Positions 5,980-13,297 of a stretch of DNA of 13,297 nucleotides are shown here, piece by piece (positions within the stretch are counted from its first letter, which is position 1; every line of letters begins with the position of its first letter). Both the position numbers and the translations under genes were made by a program. Where the stretch lies: the IMG/VR virus record IMGVR_UViG_2541047827_000004. One strand, 5' to 3'. The notes under the pieces are model-generated. The model had not been told where the DNA came from. It did no database searches and was given only the letters and a program-made list of their open reading frames with translations. Source of the DNA: a virus (lineage: Duplodnaviria > Heunggongvirae > Uroviricota > Caudoviricetes).

Positions 5980-7879
5980 TATGATGAGTGCTGTCACAAC
6001 AGCATTACAGCCCCTGATAAGGGCATTGCCGGTGACGCCAGTTGAATGGGCTGATCAAAATTATTATCTGCCTAAAGAATCTTCATATGGTGAGGGAGAA
6101 TGGAAAACGCTGCCGTTCCAGATCGCCATCATGAACAGCATGGGGAATGATCAGATCCGGACTGTTAATCTGATTAAATCTGCCCGTGTTGGCTATACAA
6201 AGATGTTGCTGGGGGTGGTCGGGTATTTTATTGAGCATAAATCCCGAAACAGTCTGCTTTTTCAGCCCACGGATTCTGCCGCTGAAGATTTTATGAAGTC
6301 TCACGTGGAGGCGACGATTCGGGATGTGCCATGTCTGAAAGACCTTTTTCCATGGCTGGGGCGTAAACATCGTGACAATACCCTCACGCTGAAACGCTTT
6401 TCATCGGGTGTGGGTTTCTGGTGCCTGGGCGGCGCTGCCGCCAAAAACTACCGTGAAAAATCCGTGGACGTGGTCTGCTATGACGAACTTTCCTCGTTCG
6501 AACCGGATGTCGAAAAAGAGGGTTCGCCAACCCTGCTTGGGGATAAACGTATTGAGGGCTCTGTATGGCCCAAATCCATTCGCGGCTCGACGCCTAAAAT
6601 CAAAGGCACCTGCCAGATCGAAAAAGCGGCCAACGAGTCGGCGCATTTCATGCGTTTTTATGTGCCCTGCCCACACTGTGGGGAGGAGCAGTATCTGAAA
6701 TTTGGCGATGAATCCACGCCTTTTGGCCTTAAATGGGAGAAGGACAGCCCCGAAAGCGTTTTCTACCTCTGTGAACATCATGGCTGCGTGATCCATCAGT
6801 CTGAGCTTGACCAGAGCAACGGGCGGTGGATCTGTGAAAACACGGGGATGTGGACCCGTGACGGTCTGACGTTTTTCAGCGCCGCGGATAATGAAATTCC
6901 GCCGCCGCGCTCCATCACGTTCCATATCTGGACGGCGTACAGTCCGTTCACCACCTGGGTACAGATAGTCTATGACTGGCTGGATGCACTGAAAGATCCC
7001 AACGGCCTGAAAACCTTTGTGAACACCACGCTGGGCGAGACCTGGGAAGAGGCCGTGGGCGAAAAACTCGATCACCAGGTACTGATGGATAAGGTCGTGC
7101 ATTACACGGCGGCGGTGCCAGCCCGGGTGGTTTATCTGACGGCGGGCATTGACTCGCAGCGAAACCGTTTTGAGATGTATGTCTGGGGATGGGCACCGGG
7201 AGAGGAAGCTTTTCTGGTGGATAAAATCATCATTATGGGCCGTCCCGATGAGGAAGAGACGCTGTTACGTGTGGATGCGGCGATCAACAAAAAATACTGC
7301 CATGCAGACGGAACCGAAATGACCATTTCCCGTGTCTGCTGGGACACCGGGGGGATCGATGGTGAAATTGTCTATCAGAGGTCAAAAAAACACGGTGTTT
7401 TCCGTGTGCTGCCGGTAAAAGGCGCGTCTGTCTATGGCAAGCCGGTGATCACCATGCCGAAAACCCGCAATCAGCGGGGCGTGTATCTGTGTGAAGTGGG
7501 GACGGACACCGCAAAAGAAATTCTCTATGCCCGTATGAAAGCCGATCCCACGCCTGCGGATGAAGCCACGTCGTATGCCATCCGTTTTCCTGATGATCCG
7601 GAGATTTTTTCGCAGACAGAGGCGCAGCAACTGGTCGCGGAAGAGCTTGTGGAGAAGTGGGAAAAAGGAAAGATGCGTCTGCTGTGGGATAACAAAAAGC
7701 GGCGTAACGAAGCGCTGGACTGCCTGGTGTATGCCTATGCGGCATTACGTGTGTCCGTGCAACGCTGGCAGCTTGATCTGGCTGTACTGGCAAAATCCCG
7801 GGAAGAAGAGACGACCCGGCCAACCCTTAAAGAACTGGCAGCGAAGCTGTCCGGAGGAGTGAATGGTTACAGTCGCTGA
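5951..7879 (+). CDS. A: Terminase large subunit (lambda gpA-like)
   Basis: From ATG 5951 (MNISEQQLNN...) the translation is collinear with remembered lambda gpA (VEWADQNYYLPKESSYGEGEWKTLPFQ..., KNYREKSVDV, C-terminal KKRRNEALDC). The track ORF 5894..7879 has an over-extended N-terminus. Confidence 0.95.
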   Translation: MNISEQQLNNMMSAVTTALQPLIRALPVTPVEWADQNYYLPKESSYGEGEWKTLPFQIAIMNSMGNDQIRTVNLIKSARVGYTKMLLGVVGYFIEHKSRNSLLFQPTDSAAEDFMKSHVEATIRDVPCLKDLFPWLGRKHRDNTLTLKRFSSGVGFWCLGGAAAKNYREKSVDVVCYDELSSFEPDVEKEGSPTLLGDKRIEGSVWPKSIRGSTPKIKGTCQIEKAANESAHFMRFYVPCPHCGEEQYLKFGDESTPFGLKWEKDSPESVFYLCEHHGCVIHQSELDQSNGRWICENTGMWTRDGLTFFSAADNEIPPPRSITFHIWTAYSPFTTWVQIVYDWLDALKDPNGLKTFVNTTLGETWEEAVGEKLDHQVLMDKVVHYTAAVPARVVYLTAGIDSQRNRFEMYVWGWAPGEEAFLVDKIIIMGRPDEEETLLRVDAAINKKYCHADGTEMTISRVCWDTGGIDGEIVYQRSKKHGVFRVLPVKGASVYGKPVITMPKTRNQRGVYLCEVGTDTAKEILYARMKADPTPADEATSYAIRFPDDPEIFSQTEAQQLVAEELVEKWEKGKMRLLWDNKKRRNEALDCLVYAYAALRVSVQRWQLDLAVLAKSREEETTRPTLKELAAKLSGGVNGYSR

Positions 7880-8069
7880 ACTACAGGCGCTGCGTCAGGC
7901 GCGCCTTGATTTATTAACCGGTAAACGGGTGGTGTCTGTCCAGAAAGATGGTCGCAGAATTGAATATACGGCGGCCTCTCTGGATGAGCTTAACCGTGCG
8001 ATCAATGATGCTGAGTTGGTACTGGGGACAACCCGCCGTCGCCGTCGTCCGCTGGGAGTGAGGTTATGA
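7863..8069 (+). CDS. W: Head-tail joining protein W
   Basis: 68 aa; LLTGKRVVSVQKDGRRIEYTAASL matches lambda gpW ([23 protein letters not shown]). GGAGGAG RBS; start overlaps the terminase 3' end. Confidence 0.9.
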   Translation: MVTVAELQALRQARLDLLTGKRVVSVQKDGRRIEYTAASLDELNRAINDAELVLGTTRRRRRPLGVRL

Positions 8070-9658
8070 AACGAACGCCTGTCCTGATTGATGTGAACGG
8101 CGTTCCGCTTCGTGAGAGTCTCAGCTACAACGGGGGCGGCGCAGGATTTGGCGGGCAAATGGCGGAGTGGTTGCCACCGGCGCAGAGTGCCGATGCGGCC
8201 CTGCTACCCGCGTTGCGTCTGGGGAATGCCCGGGCAGATGATCTGGTGCGCAATAACGGAATAGCGGCTAATGCGGTGGCTCTGCATAAGGATCACATTG
8301 TCGGGCATATGTTTCTTATCAGCTACCGCCCGAACTGGCGCTGGTTGGGGATGCGGGAGACCGCGACAAAAAGTTTTGTCGATGAGGTGGAGGCGGCCTG
8401 GTCAGAATACGCAGAAGGGGTGTTTGGCGAGATCGACGTGGAAGGGAAACGCACGTTTACAGAATTTATTCGTGAAGGTGTGGGCGTTCATGCGTTTAAC
8501 GGCGAAATCTTTGTGCAGCCGGTCTGGGATACGGAAACCACGCAGTTATTCCGTACGCGTTTTAAAGCCGTGAGTCCGAAACGGGTGGACACGCCTGGAC
8601 ACGGTATGGGGAACCGTTTTCTGCGGGCCGGGGTGGAGGTCGATCGATATGGTCGTGCCGTTGCGTACCATATCTGTGAGGATGATTTTCCGTTCTCCGG
8701 GAGTGGACGATGGGAACGGATCCCGCGTGAACTTCCCACCGGGCGTCCGGCCATGCTGCATATTTTCGAGCCGGTGGAGGACGGGCAGACCCGTGGGGCT
8801 AATCAGTTTTACAGCGTCATGGAACGGCTGAAGATGCTCGATTCCCTGCAGGCAACACAGCTTCAGTCGGCCATAGTGAAGGCGATGTATGCAGCGACGA
8901 TTGAAAGTGAACTTGATACCGAAAAGGCCTTTGAATATATCGCCGGTGCGCCGCAGGGGCAGAAGGATAATCCGCTTATTAATATTCTGGATAAGTTCTC
9001 CACCTGGTATGACACGAATCACGTGACGCTGGGCGGTGTCAAAATTCCGCACCTTTTCCCCGGTGATGATCTGAAACTTCAGACCGCGCAGGATTCAGAC
9101 AATGGATTTTCGGCGCTTGAACAGGCGCTGCTGCGGTATATCGCCGCCGGTCTTGGCGTTTCCTACGAACAGTTGTCCCGTGATTACTCGAAGGTCAGTT
9201 ATTCAAGTGCCCGCGCATCCGCCAATGAGTCGTGGCGCTATTTTATGGGGCGGCGAAAATTTATTGCGTCCCGGCTGGCCACGCAGATGTTTTCCTGCTG
9301 GCTGGAAGAGGCACTTCTTCGGGGGATTATTCGTCCGCCACGGGCACGTTTTGATTTTTATCAGGCGCGATCAGCCTGGTCACGGGCTGAGTGGATTGGA
9401 GCCGGAAGAATGGCCATTGACGGGCTCAAGGAGGTTCAGGAATCAGTGATGCGCATTGAGGCCGGACTGAGCACGTATGAGAAAGAGCTGGCGCTGATGG
9501 GCGAGGATTATCAGGACATTTTCCGCCAGCAGGTCAGGGAATCTGCAGAGCGGGAAAAAGCCGGACTCTCACGTCCGGTGTGGATAGCGCAGGCGTATCA
9601 GCAGCAGATAGCGGAGAGTCGCAGGCCGGAAGAGGAGACAACACCACGTGAGACGTAA
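8066..9658 (+). CDS. B: Portal protein (lambda gpB-like)
   Basis: 530 aa in the lambda B position; ATG overlaps the W stop (ATGA). Size and synteny fit the lambda portal. Confidence 0.9.
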   Translation: MKRTPVLIDVNGVPLRESLSYNGGGAGFGGQMAEWLPPAQSADAALLPALRLGNARADDLVRNNGIAANAVALHKDHIVGHMFLISYRPNWRWLGMRETATKSFVDEVEAAWSEYAEGVFGEIDVEGKRTFTEFIREGVGVHAFNGEIFVQPVWDTETTQLFRTRFKAVSPKRVDTPGHGMGNRFLRAGVEVDRYGRAVAYHICEDDFPFSGSGRWERIPRELPTGRPAMLHIFEPVEDGQTRGANQFYSVMERLKMLDSLQATQLQSAIVKAMYAATIESELDTEKAFEYIAGAPQGQKDNPLINILDKFSTWYDTNHVTLGGVKIPHLFPGDDLKLQTAQDSDNGFSALEQALLRYIAAGLGVSYEQLSRDYSKVSYSSARASANESWRYFMGRRKFIASRLATQMFSCWLEEALLRGIIRPPRARFDFYQARSAWSRAEWIGAGRMAIDGLKEVQESVMRIEAGLSTYEKELALMGEDYQDIFRQQVRESAEREKAGLSRPVWIAQAYQQQIAESRRPEEETTPRET

Positions 9659-11096
9659 TCTTTCACACATTATTGCCGCAGCATTCAATGAACCGCTGCT
9701 TCTGGAGCCCGCCTATGCGCGGGTTTTCTTTTGCGCGCTCGGGCGCGAGATGGGGGCAGCAAGTCTTTCGGTACCACAACAACAGGTACAGCTTGATGCT
9801 CCCGGAATGCTGGCTGAAACGGACGAGTACATGGCCGGAGGTAAACGACCGGCCCGTGTTTACCGGGTGGTGAACGGTATTGCGGTACTGCCGGTGAGCG
9901 GCACGCTGGTGCACCGGCTGGGCGGTATGCGGCCATTTTCCGGAATGACAGGCTATGACGGCATTGTCGCCTGTCTTCAGCAGGCAATGGCAGATAGCCA
10001 GGTGCGGGGCATACTGCTGGACATTGACAGTCCGGGCGGGCAGGCCGCCGGCGCGTTTGACTGCGCTGACATGATTTACCGCCTCCGTCAGCAGAAGCCG
10101 GTCTGGGCACTGTGCAATGACACGGCCTGTTCTGCAGCCATGCTGCTGGCGTCGGCCTGCTCCCGACGGCTGGTTACCCAGACATCCCGTATCGGCTCCA
10201 TTGGCGTGATGATGAGCCATGTCAGCTATGCCGGTCATCTGGCGCAGGCCGGTGTGGATATCACGCTGATTTATGCCGGGGCGCACAAGGTGGATGGCAA
10301 TCAGTTTGAAGCGTTGCCGGCAGAGGTTCGCCAGGATATGCAGCAGCGGATTGATGCGGCGCACCGGATGTTTGCCGAAAAAGTGGCGATGTATACCGGG
10401 TTGTCTGTGGATGCGGTCACGGGAACAGAGGCCGCCGTTTTTGAAGGTCAGTCCGGCATTGAGGCCGGGCTGGCGGATGAATTAATCAATGCGTCGGATG
10501 CCATCAGTGTGATGGCCACGGCGCTGAACAGTAATGTCAGAGGAGGCACTATGCCGCAATTAACTGCAACGGAAGCCGCCGTGCAGGAGAACCAGCGAGT
10601 GATGGGGATCCTGACATGCCAGGAAGCGAAAGGACGTGAACAGCTTGCCACGATGCTGGCAGGGCAACAGGGCATGAGCGTTGAACAGGCCCGGGCGATT
10701 CTGGCCGCGGCGGCACCGCAGCAGCCGGTGGCATCCGCGCAGAGTGAAGCCGATCGCATTATGGCGTGTGAAGAAGCGAACGGTCGTGAACAACTGGCGG
10801 CTGCACCACTGGCGGATGCCGGGCCCTCACTTCGTGATCAGATCATGGCCCTGGATGAGGCAAAAGGGGCAGAAGCGCAGGCTGAAAAACTGGCGGCCTG
10901 CCCGGGAATGACCGTGGAGAGCGCCCGGGCTGTGCTGGCTGCGGGATCAGGTAAGGCCGAACCGGTCTCTGCATCCACAACCGCCCTGTTTGAACATTTC
11001 ATGGCGAACCATTCACCGGCTGCGGTCCAGGGGGGCGTGTCACAGGCGTCAGAAGACGGTGATGCGGACGTGAAAATGCTCATGGCCATGCCATGA
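9648..11096 (+). CDS. C: Head maturation protease / scaffold fusion protein C (S49 ClpP-like peptidase domain plus Nu3-like C-terminal domain)
   Basis: GTG start overlapping the portal stop. N-terminus IAAAFNEPLLLEPAYARVFFCA matches lambda gpC. Length 482 aa versus roughly 439 in lambda, with repeated Nu3-type motifs in the C-terminal domain. Confidence 0.9.
   Translation: MRRNLSHIIAAAFNEPLLLEPAYARVFFCALGREMGAASLSVPQQQVQLDAPGMLAETDEYMAGGKRPARVYRVVNGIAVLPVSGTLVHRLGGMRPFSGMTGYDGIVACLQQAMADSQVRGILLDIDSPGGQAAGAFDCADMIYRLRQQKPVWALCNDTACSAAMLLASACSRRLVTQTSRIGSIGVMMSHVSYAGHLAQAGVDITLIYAGAHKVDGNQFEALPAEVRQDMQQRIDAAHRMFAEKVAMYTGLSVDAVTGTEAAVFEGQSGIEAGLADELINASDAISVMATALNSNVRGGTMPQLTATEAAVQENQRVMGILTCQEAKGREQLATMLAGQQGMSVEQARAILAAAAPQQPVASAQSEADRIMACEEANGREQLAAAPLADAGPSLRDQIMALDEAKGAEAQAEKLAACPGMTVESARAVLAAGSGKAEPVSASTTALFEHFMANHSPAAVQGGVSQASEDGDADVKMLMAMP
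10551..11096 (+). CDS. nu3: Nu3-like scaffolding protein from an in-frame internal start within C (nested gene)
   Basis: Internal ATG at 10551, in frame with C, preceded by a strong AGGAGG 4 nt upstream. Lambda Nu3 is produced by the same nested-start arrangement. Confidence 0.6.
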   Translation: MPQLTATEAAVQENQRVMGILTCQEAKGREQLATMLAGQQGMSVEQARAILAAAAPQQPVASAQSEADRIMACEEANGREQLAAAPLADAGPSLRDQIMALDEAKGAEAQAEKLAACPGMTVESARAVLAAGSGKAEPVSASTTALFEHFMANHSPAAVQGGVSQASEDGDADVKMLMAMP

Positions 11097-11132
11097 AGTC
11101 AGTGCTGAACATCAATACGAGGTTTTTACAAT

Positions 11133-11480
11133 ATGGTGACGAAAACCATCACTGAACAGCGTGCGGAAGTACGTATTTTTGCCGGTAATGATCCGGCTCA
11201 CACCGCCACAGGCAGCAGCGGGATTTCTTCCGCAACACCGGCTCTGACGCCCCTGATGCTGGATGAAGCCACCGGGAAACTGGTGGTCTGGGATGGACAG
11301 AAAGCCGGTAGTGCGGTTGGCATACTGGTACTGCCGCTTGAAGGCACAGAGGCGGTGCTGACCTATTACAAGTCGGGGACCTTTGCGACGGAGGCAATCC
11401 ACTGGCCTGAAAGTGTGGATGAACACAAAAAGGCAAATGCCTTTGCCGGCACAGCCCTGAGTCACGCGGCTCTGCCGTAA
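11133..11480 (+). CDS. D: Head decoration protein D
   Basis: 115 aa; DPAHTATG, TPLMLD, WDG and LTYYKSGTF motifs match lambda gpD. Confidence 0.9.
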   Translation: MVTKTITEQRAEVRIFAGNDPAHTATGSSGISSATPALTPLMLDEATGKLVVWDGQKAGSAVGILVLPLEGTEAVLTYYKSGTFATEAIHWPESVDEHKKANAFAGTALSHAALP

Positions 11481-11537
11481 CACGTTATCAGGCCACCATG
11501 GTGGCCTGACTGATTTCTGAATGAAAGGAACTGATTT

Positions 11538-12566
11538 ATGGGATTGTTTACGACCCGCCAGTTACTCGGTTATACCGAACAAAAAGTTAAATTCCGTGCG
11601 CTGTTTCTGGAGCTGTTTTTCCGCCGTACGGTGAATTTCCACACCGAAGAGGTGATGCTGGACAAAATTACCGGAAAAACGCCGGTGGCGGCCTATGTCT
11701 CCCCGATCGTTGAAGGAAAAGTGCTTCGCCATCGCGGTGGTGAAACCCGCGTGTTACGTCCGGGCTACGTCAAGCCCAAACACGAATTTAATTACCAGCA
11801 GGCGGTTGAGCGCCTTCCTGGTGAAGATCCGGCTCAGCTGAACGACCCGGCCTACCGTCGTCTGCGTATCATTACCGATAACCTCAAACAGGAAGAGCAC
11901 GCCATTGTCCAGGTGGAAGAAATGCAGGCGGTGAATGCCGTGCTGTATGGCAAATACACCATGGAAGGGGATCAGTTTGATACTGTCGAGGTGGATTTCG
12001 GGCGCTCTGAAGGAAATAACATTGAGCAGGCTGACGGTAAAAAATGGTCTGAGCAGGACCGTGATACGTTTGATCCGACGCATGATATTGACCTCTACTG
12101 CGATCAGGCCAGCGGCCTTGTGAATATCGCCATTATGGACGGTACGGTCTGGCGTCTGCTGAATGGCTTTAAGCTGTTCCGCGAAAAACTGGATACCCGT
12201 CGCGGCTCAAATTCACAACTCGAAACGGCAGTGAAAGACCTGGGGGCGGTGGTGTCCTTCAAGGGGTATTACGGCGATCTGGCCATTGTGGTGGCGAAAA
12301 CGTCTTATGTGGCAGAAGACGGTACCGAAAAACGTTATCTGCCGGAGGGCACACTGGTCCTGGGGAATACGGCAGCAGAGGGCATTCGTTGCTATGGTGC
12401 CATTCAGGATGCGCAGGCGTTGTCCGAAGGTGTGGTGGCCTCTTCCCGTTACCCGAAACACTGGCTGACCGTGGGCGATCCGGCCCGTGAATTCACCATG
12501 ACGCAGTCCGCACCGCTGATGGTGCTGCCGGATCCGGATGAGTTTGTGGTGGTACAGGTGAAATAA
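11538..12566 (+). CDS. E: Major capsid protein E
   Basis: 342 aa; extensive collinear identity to lambda gpE (YVSPIV, PGYVKPKHE, EDPAQLNDPAYRRLRII, GDPAREFTMTQSAPLM, DPDEFV). Confidence 0.95.
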   Translation: MGLFTTRQLLGYTEQKVKFRALFLELFFRRTVNFHTEEVMLDKITGKTPVAAYVSPIVEGKVLRHRGGETRVLRPGYVKPKHEFNYQQAVERLPGEDPAQLNDPAYRRLRIITDNLKQEEHAIVQVEEMQAVNAVLYGKYTMEGDQFDTVEVDFGRSEGNNIEQADGKKWSEQDRDTFDPTHDIDLYCDQASGLVNIAIMDGTVWRLLNGFKLFREKLDTRRGSNSQLETAVKDLGAVVSFKGYYGDLAIVVAKTSYVAEDGTEKRYLPEGTLVLGNTAAEGIRCYGAIQDAQALSEGVVASSRYPKHWLTVGDPAREFTMTQSAPLMVLPDPDEFVVVQVK

Positions 12567-12574
12567 TCCGTGAG

Positions 12575-12603
12575 CGGGGGCGAAATGCCCCCGTGTCTTT
12601 TTT
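12575..12603 (+). terminator. Hairpin plus T-run between E and FI (intrinsic terminator/attenuator)
   Basis: Stem CGGGGGC (12575-12581) / GCCCCCG (12587-12593) with a 5-nt loop, followed by TGTCTTTTTT. Confidence 0.5.
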
Positions 12604-12617
12604 CACAGGAGGCTGAG

Positions 12618-13001
12618 ATGGCAACAAAAGAAGAAAATCTGAATCGTCTTCGTCAACTGGCTGGCCTGCTGGGGCGCGAGGCGGATATGTCGGGGAGTGC
12701 TGCGGATATTGCTCAACGTGTGTCTGAGTGGGAAGAGGAGCTTGCTGTTTCCCCGGAGGGCATTATGCACTCTGATGAGAGCGGGGCTGATCAAAATCAC
12801 ACAGACGATGGTGAGCAGTTGAACAACACGGATGCTCCGGATGATGTTAAAGCCGTCCGGGTACGGAAGTGCCTGCAAGTAATGGGGTATTGCCCGGAGA
12901 CAGGTCGTCCCGTTGAGCTGGCGTTACGGGGTATGCGTGTTCTGGTGCCATCATCACTGGCAACGGCCATGATACAGCACGGAACGGCTGAGCATGCGTG
13001 A
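12618..13001 (+). CDS. FI: DNA packaging protein FI-like
   Basis: ATG 12618 with AGGAGG upstream. Position between E and FII and an acidic, low-complexity composition like lambda gpFI. The track ORF start at 12570 runs through the terminator hairpin. Confidence 0.75.
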   Translation: MATKEENLNRLRQLAGLLGREADMSGSAADIAQRVSEWEEELAVSPEGIMHSDESGADQNHTDDGEQLNNTDAPDDVKAVRVRKCLQVMGYCPETGRPVELALRGMRVLVPSSLATAMIQHGTAEHA

Positions 13002-13297
13002 TTTTCAGAATGCCTTTGATGCTGCCCTCGCCGGGGTGGACAGTACGATCGTTGAAGTGATGGGGATCCGTGCGCAGTTCACCTCCGGAGCACAACGTGG
13101 CGGCGAAGTTCAGGGGGTTTTTGACGATCCGGAGTCGCTGGGTTTTGCCGGTGGCGGGGTCCGTATTGAAGGAAGCAGCCCGTCATTATTTGTGCGGACG
13201 GACATAAGGATCACATTGTCGGGCATATGTTTCTTATCAGCTACCGCCCGAACTGGCGCTGGTTGGGGATGCGGGAGACCGCGACAAAAAGTTTTGT
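12994..13297 (+). CDS. FII: Head-tail connector FII-like, 5' part only; lambda-like sequence ends at 13203 where a duplicated portal fragment begins
   Basis: ATG 12994 overlaps the FI stop. GVFDDPESLGFAGGGVRIEGSSPSLFVRTD matches lambda FII (GVFDDPENISYAGQGVRVEGSSPSLFVRTD) through codon 70. From 13203 the DNA is identical to portal positions 8285..8379. Confidence 0.65.
   Translation, partial: MRDFQNAFDAALAGVDSTIVEVMGIRAQFTSGAQRGGEVQGVFDDPESLGFAGGGVRIEGSSPSLFVRTDIRITLSGICFLSATARTGAGWGCGRPRQKVL
13203..13297 (+). repeat. 95-bp exact direct repeat of an internal portal-gene segment (8285..8379)
   Basis: Base-for-base identity between 13203..13297 and 8285..8379, read directly from the sequence. 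Confidence 0.9.

Larger units (their letters stand above)
1..13297 (+). mobile_element. Lambdoid phage/prophage late region (lysis cassette, cos, head morphogenesis genes); extends beyond both window edges
   Basis: Lambda-order synteny of the head genes, a lambda-type cos sequence, a pinholin/SAR-endolysin/spanin lysis cassette, and overlapping start/stop codons typical of phage late operons. Confidence 0.9.

Noticed and set aside
6401-7102. Long reverse-strand ORFs inside head genes (6401..7102, 8546..9052, 9663..10364, 10448..10759 and others)
   Set aside because: Antisense shadow ORFs within GC-rich, confidently assigned terminase, portal and C genes; Arg/Pro/Gly-rich translations typical of non-coding frames.
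12570-12617. Upstream start (12570) for FI given by the ORF track
   Set aside because: That extension reads through the terminator hairpin; ATG 12618 has a strong AGGAGG RBS and matches the expected FI N-terminus.
1-13297. CRISPR arrays, rRNA genes, insertion sequences or integrase/att sites
   Set aside because: No regularly spaced direct repeats, no rRNA-like sequence, and no transposase or integrase-like ORFs were seen in this window.

Overview
This window is the late region of a lambda-like (lambdoid) enterobacterial phage or prophage, read left to right on the + strand. It contains: (1) the tail of the Q-dependent late leader with a hairpin terminator, then an AT-rich island carrying a reverse-strand gene; (2) a lysis cassette of the phage-21/DLP12 type (dual-start pinholin, SAR endolysin, Rz/Rz1 spanins) that is interrupted twice by extra genes: a 297-aa unknown ORF between holin and endolysin, and two small membrane-protein ORFs between endolysin and Rz; (3) a moron slot downstream of Rz with a small TonB-C-domain lipoprotein and two reverse-strand small ORFs; (4) a cos site whose cosN is lambda-like but whose cosB carries different repeats; (5) head genes in lambda order: terminase small and large subunits, W, portal B, protease/scaffold C with nested Nu3, D, E, FI and FII. 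FII loses lambda-like sequence at 13203, where the last 95 bp of the window exactly repeat an internal portal segment (8285..8379). All protein assignments rest on my reading of the supplied translations against remembered lambda, phage 21 and DLP12 proteins; no database search was run. The best candidates for undescribed biology are the genes embedded in the lysis operon and the TonB-C lipoprotein.
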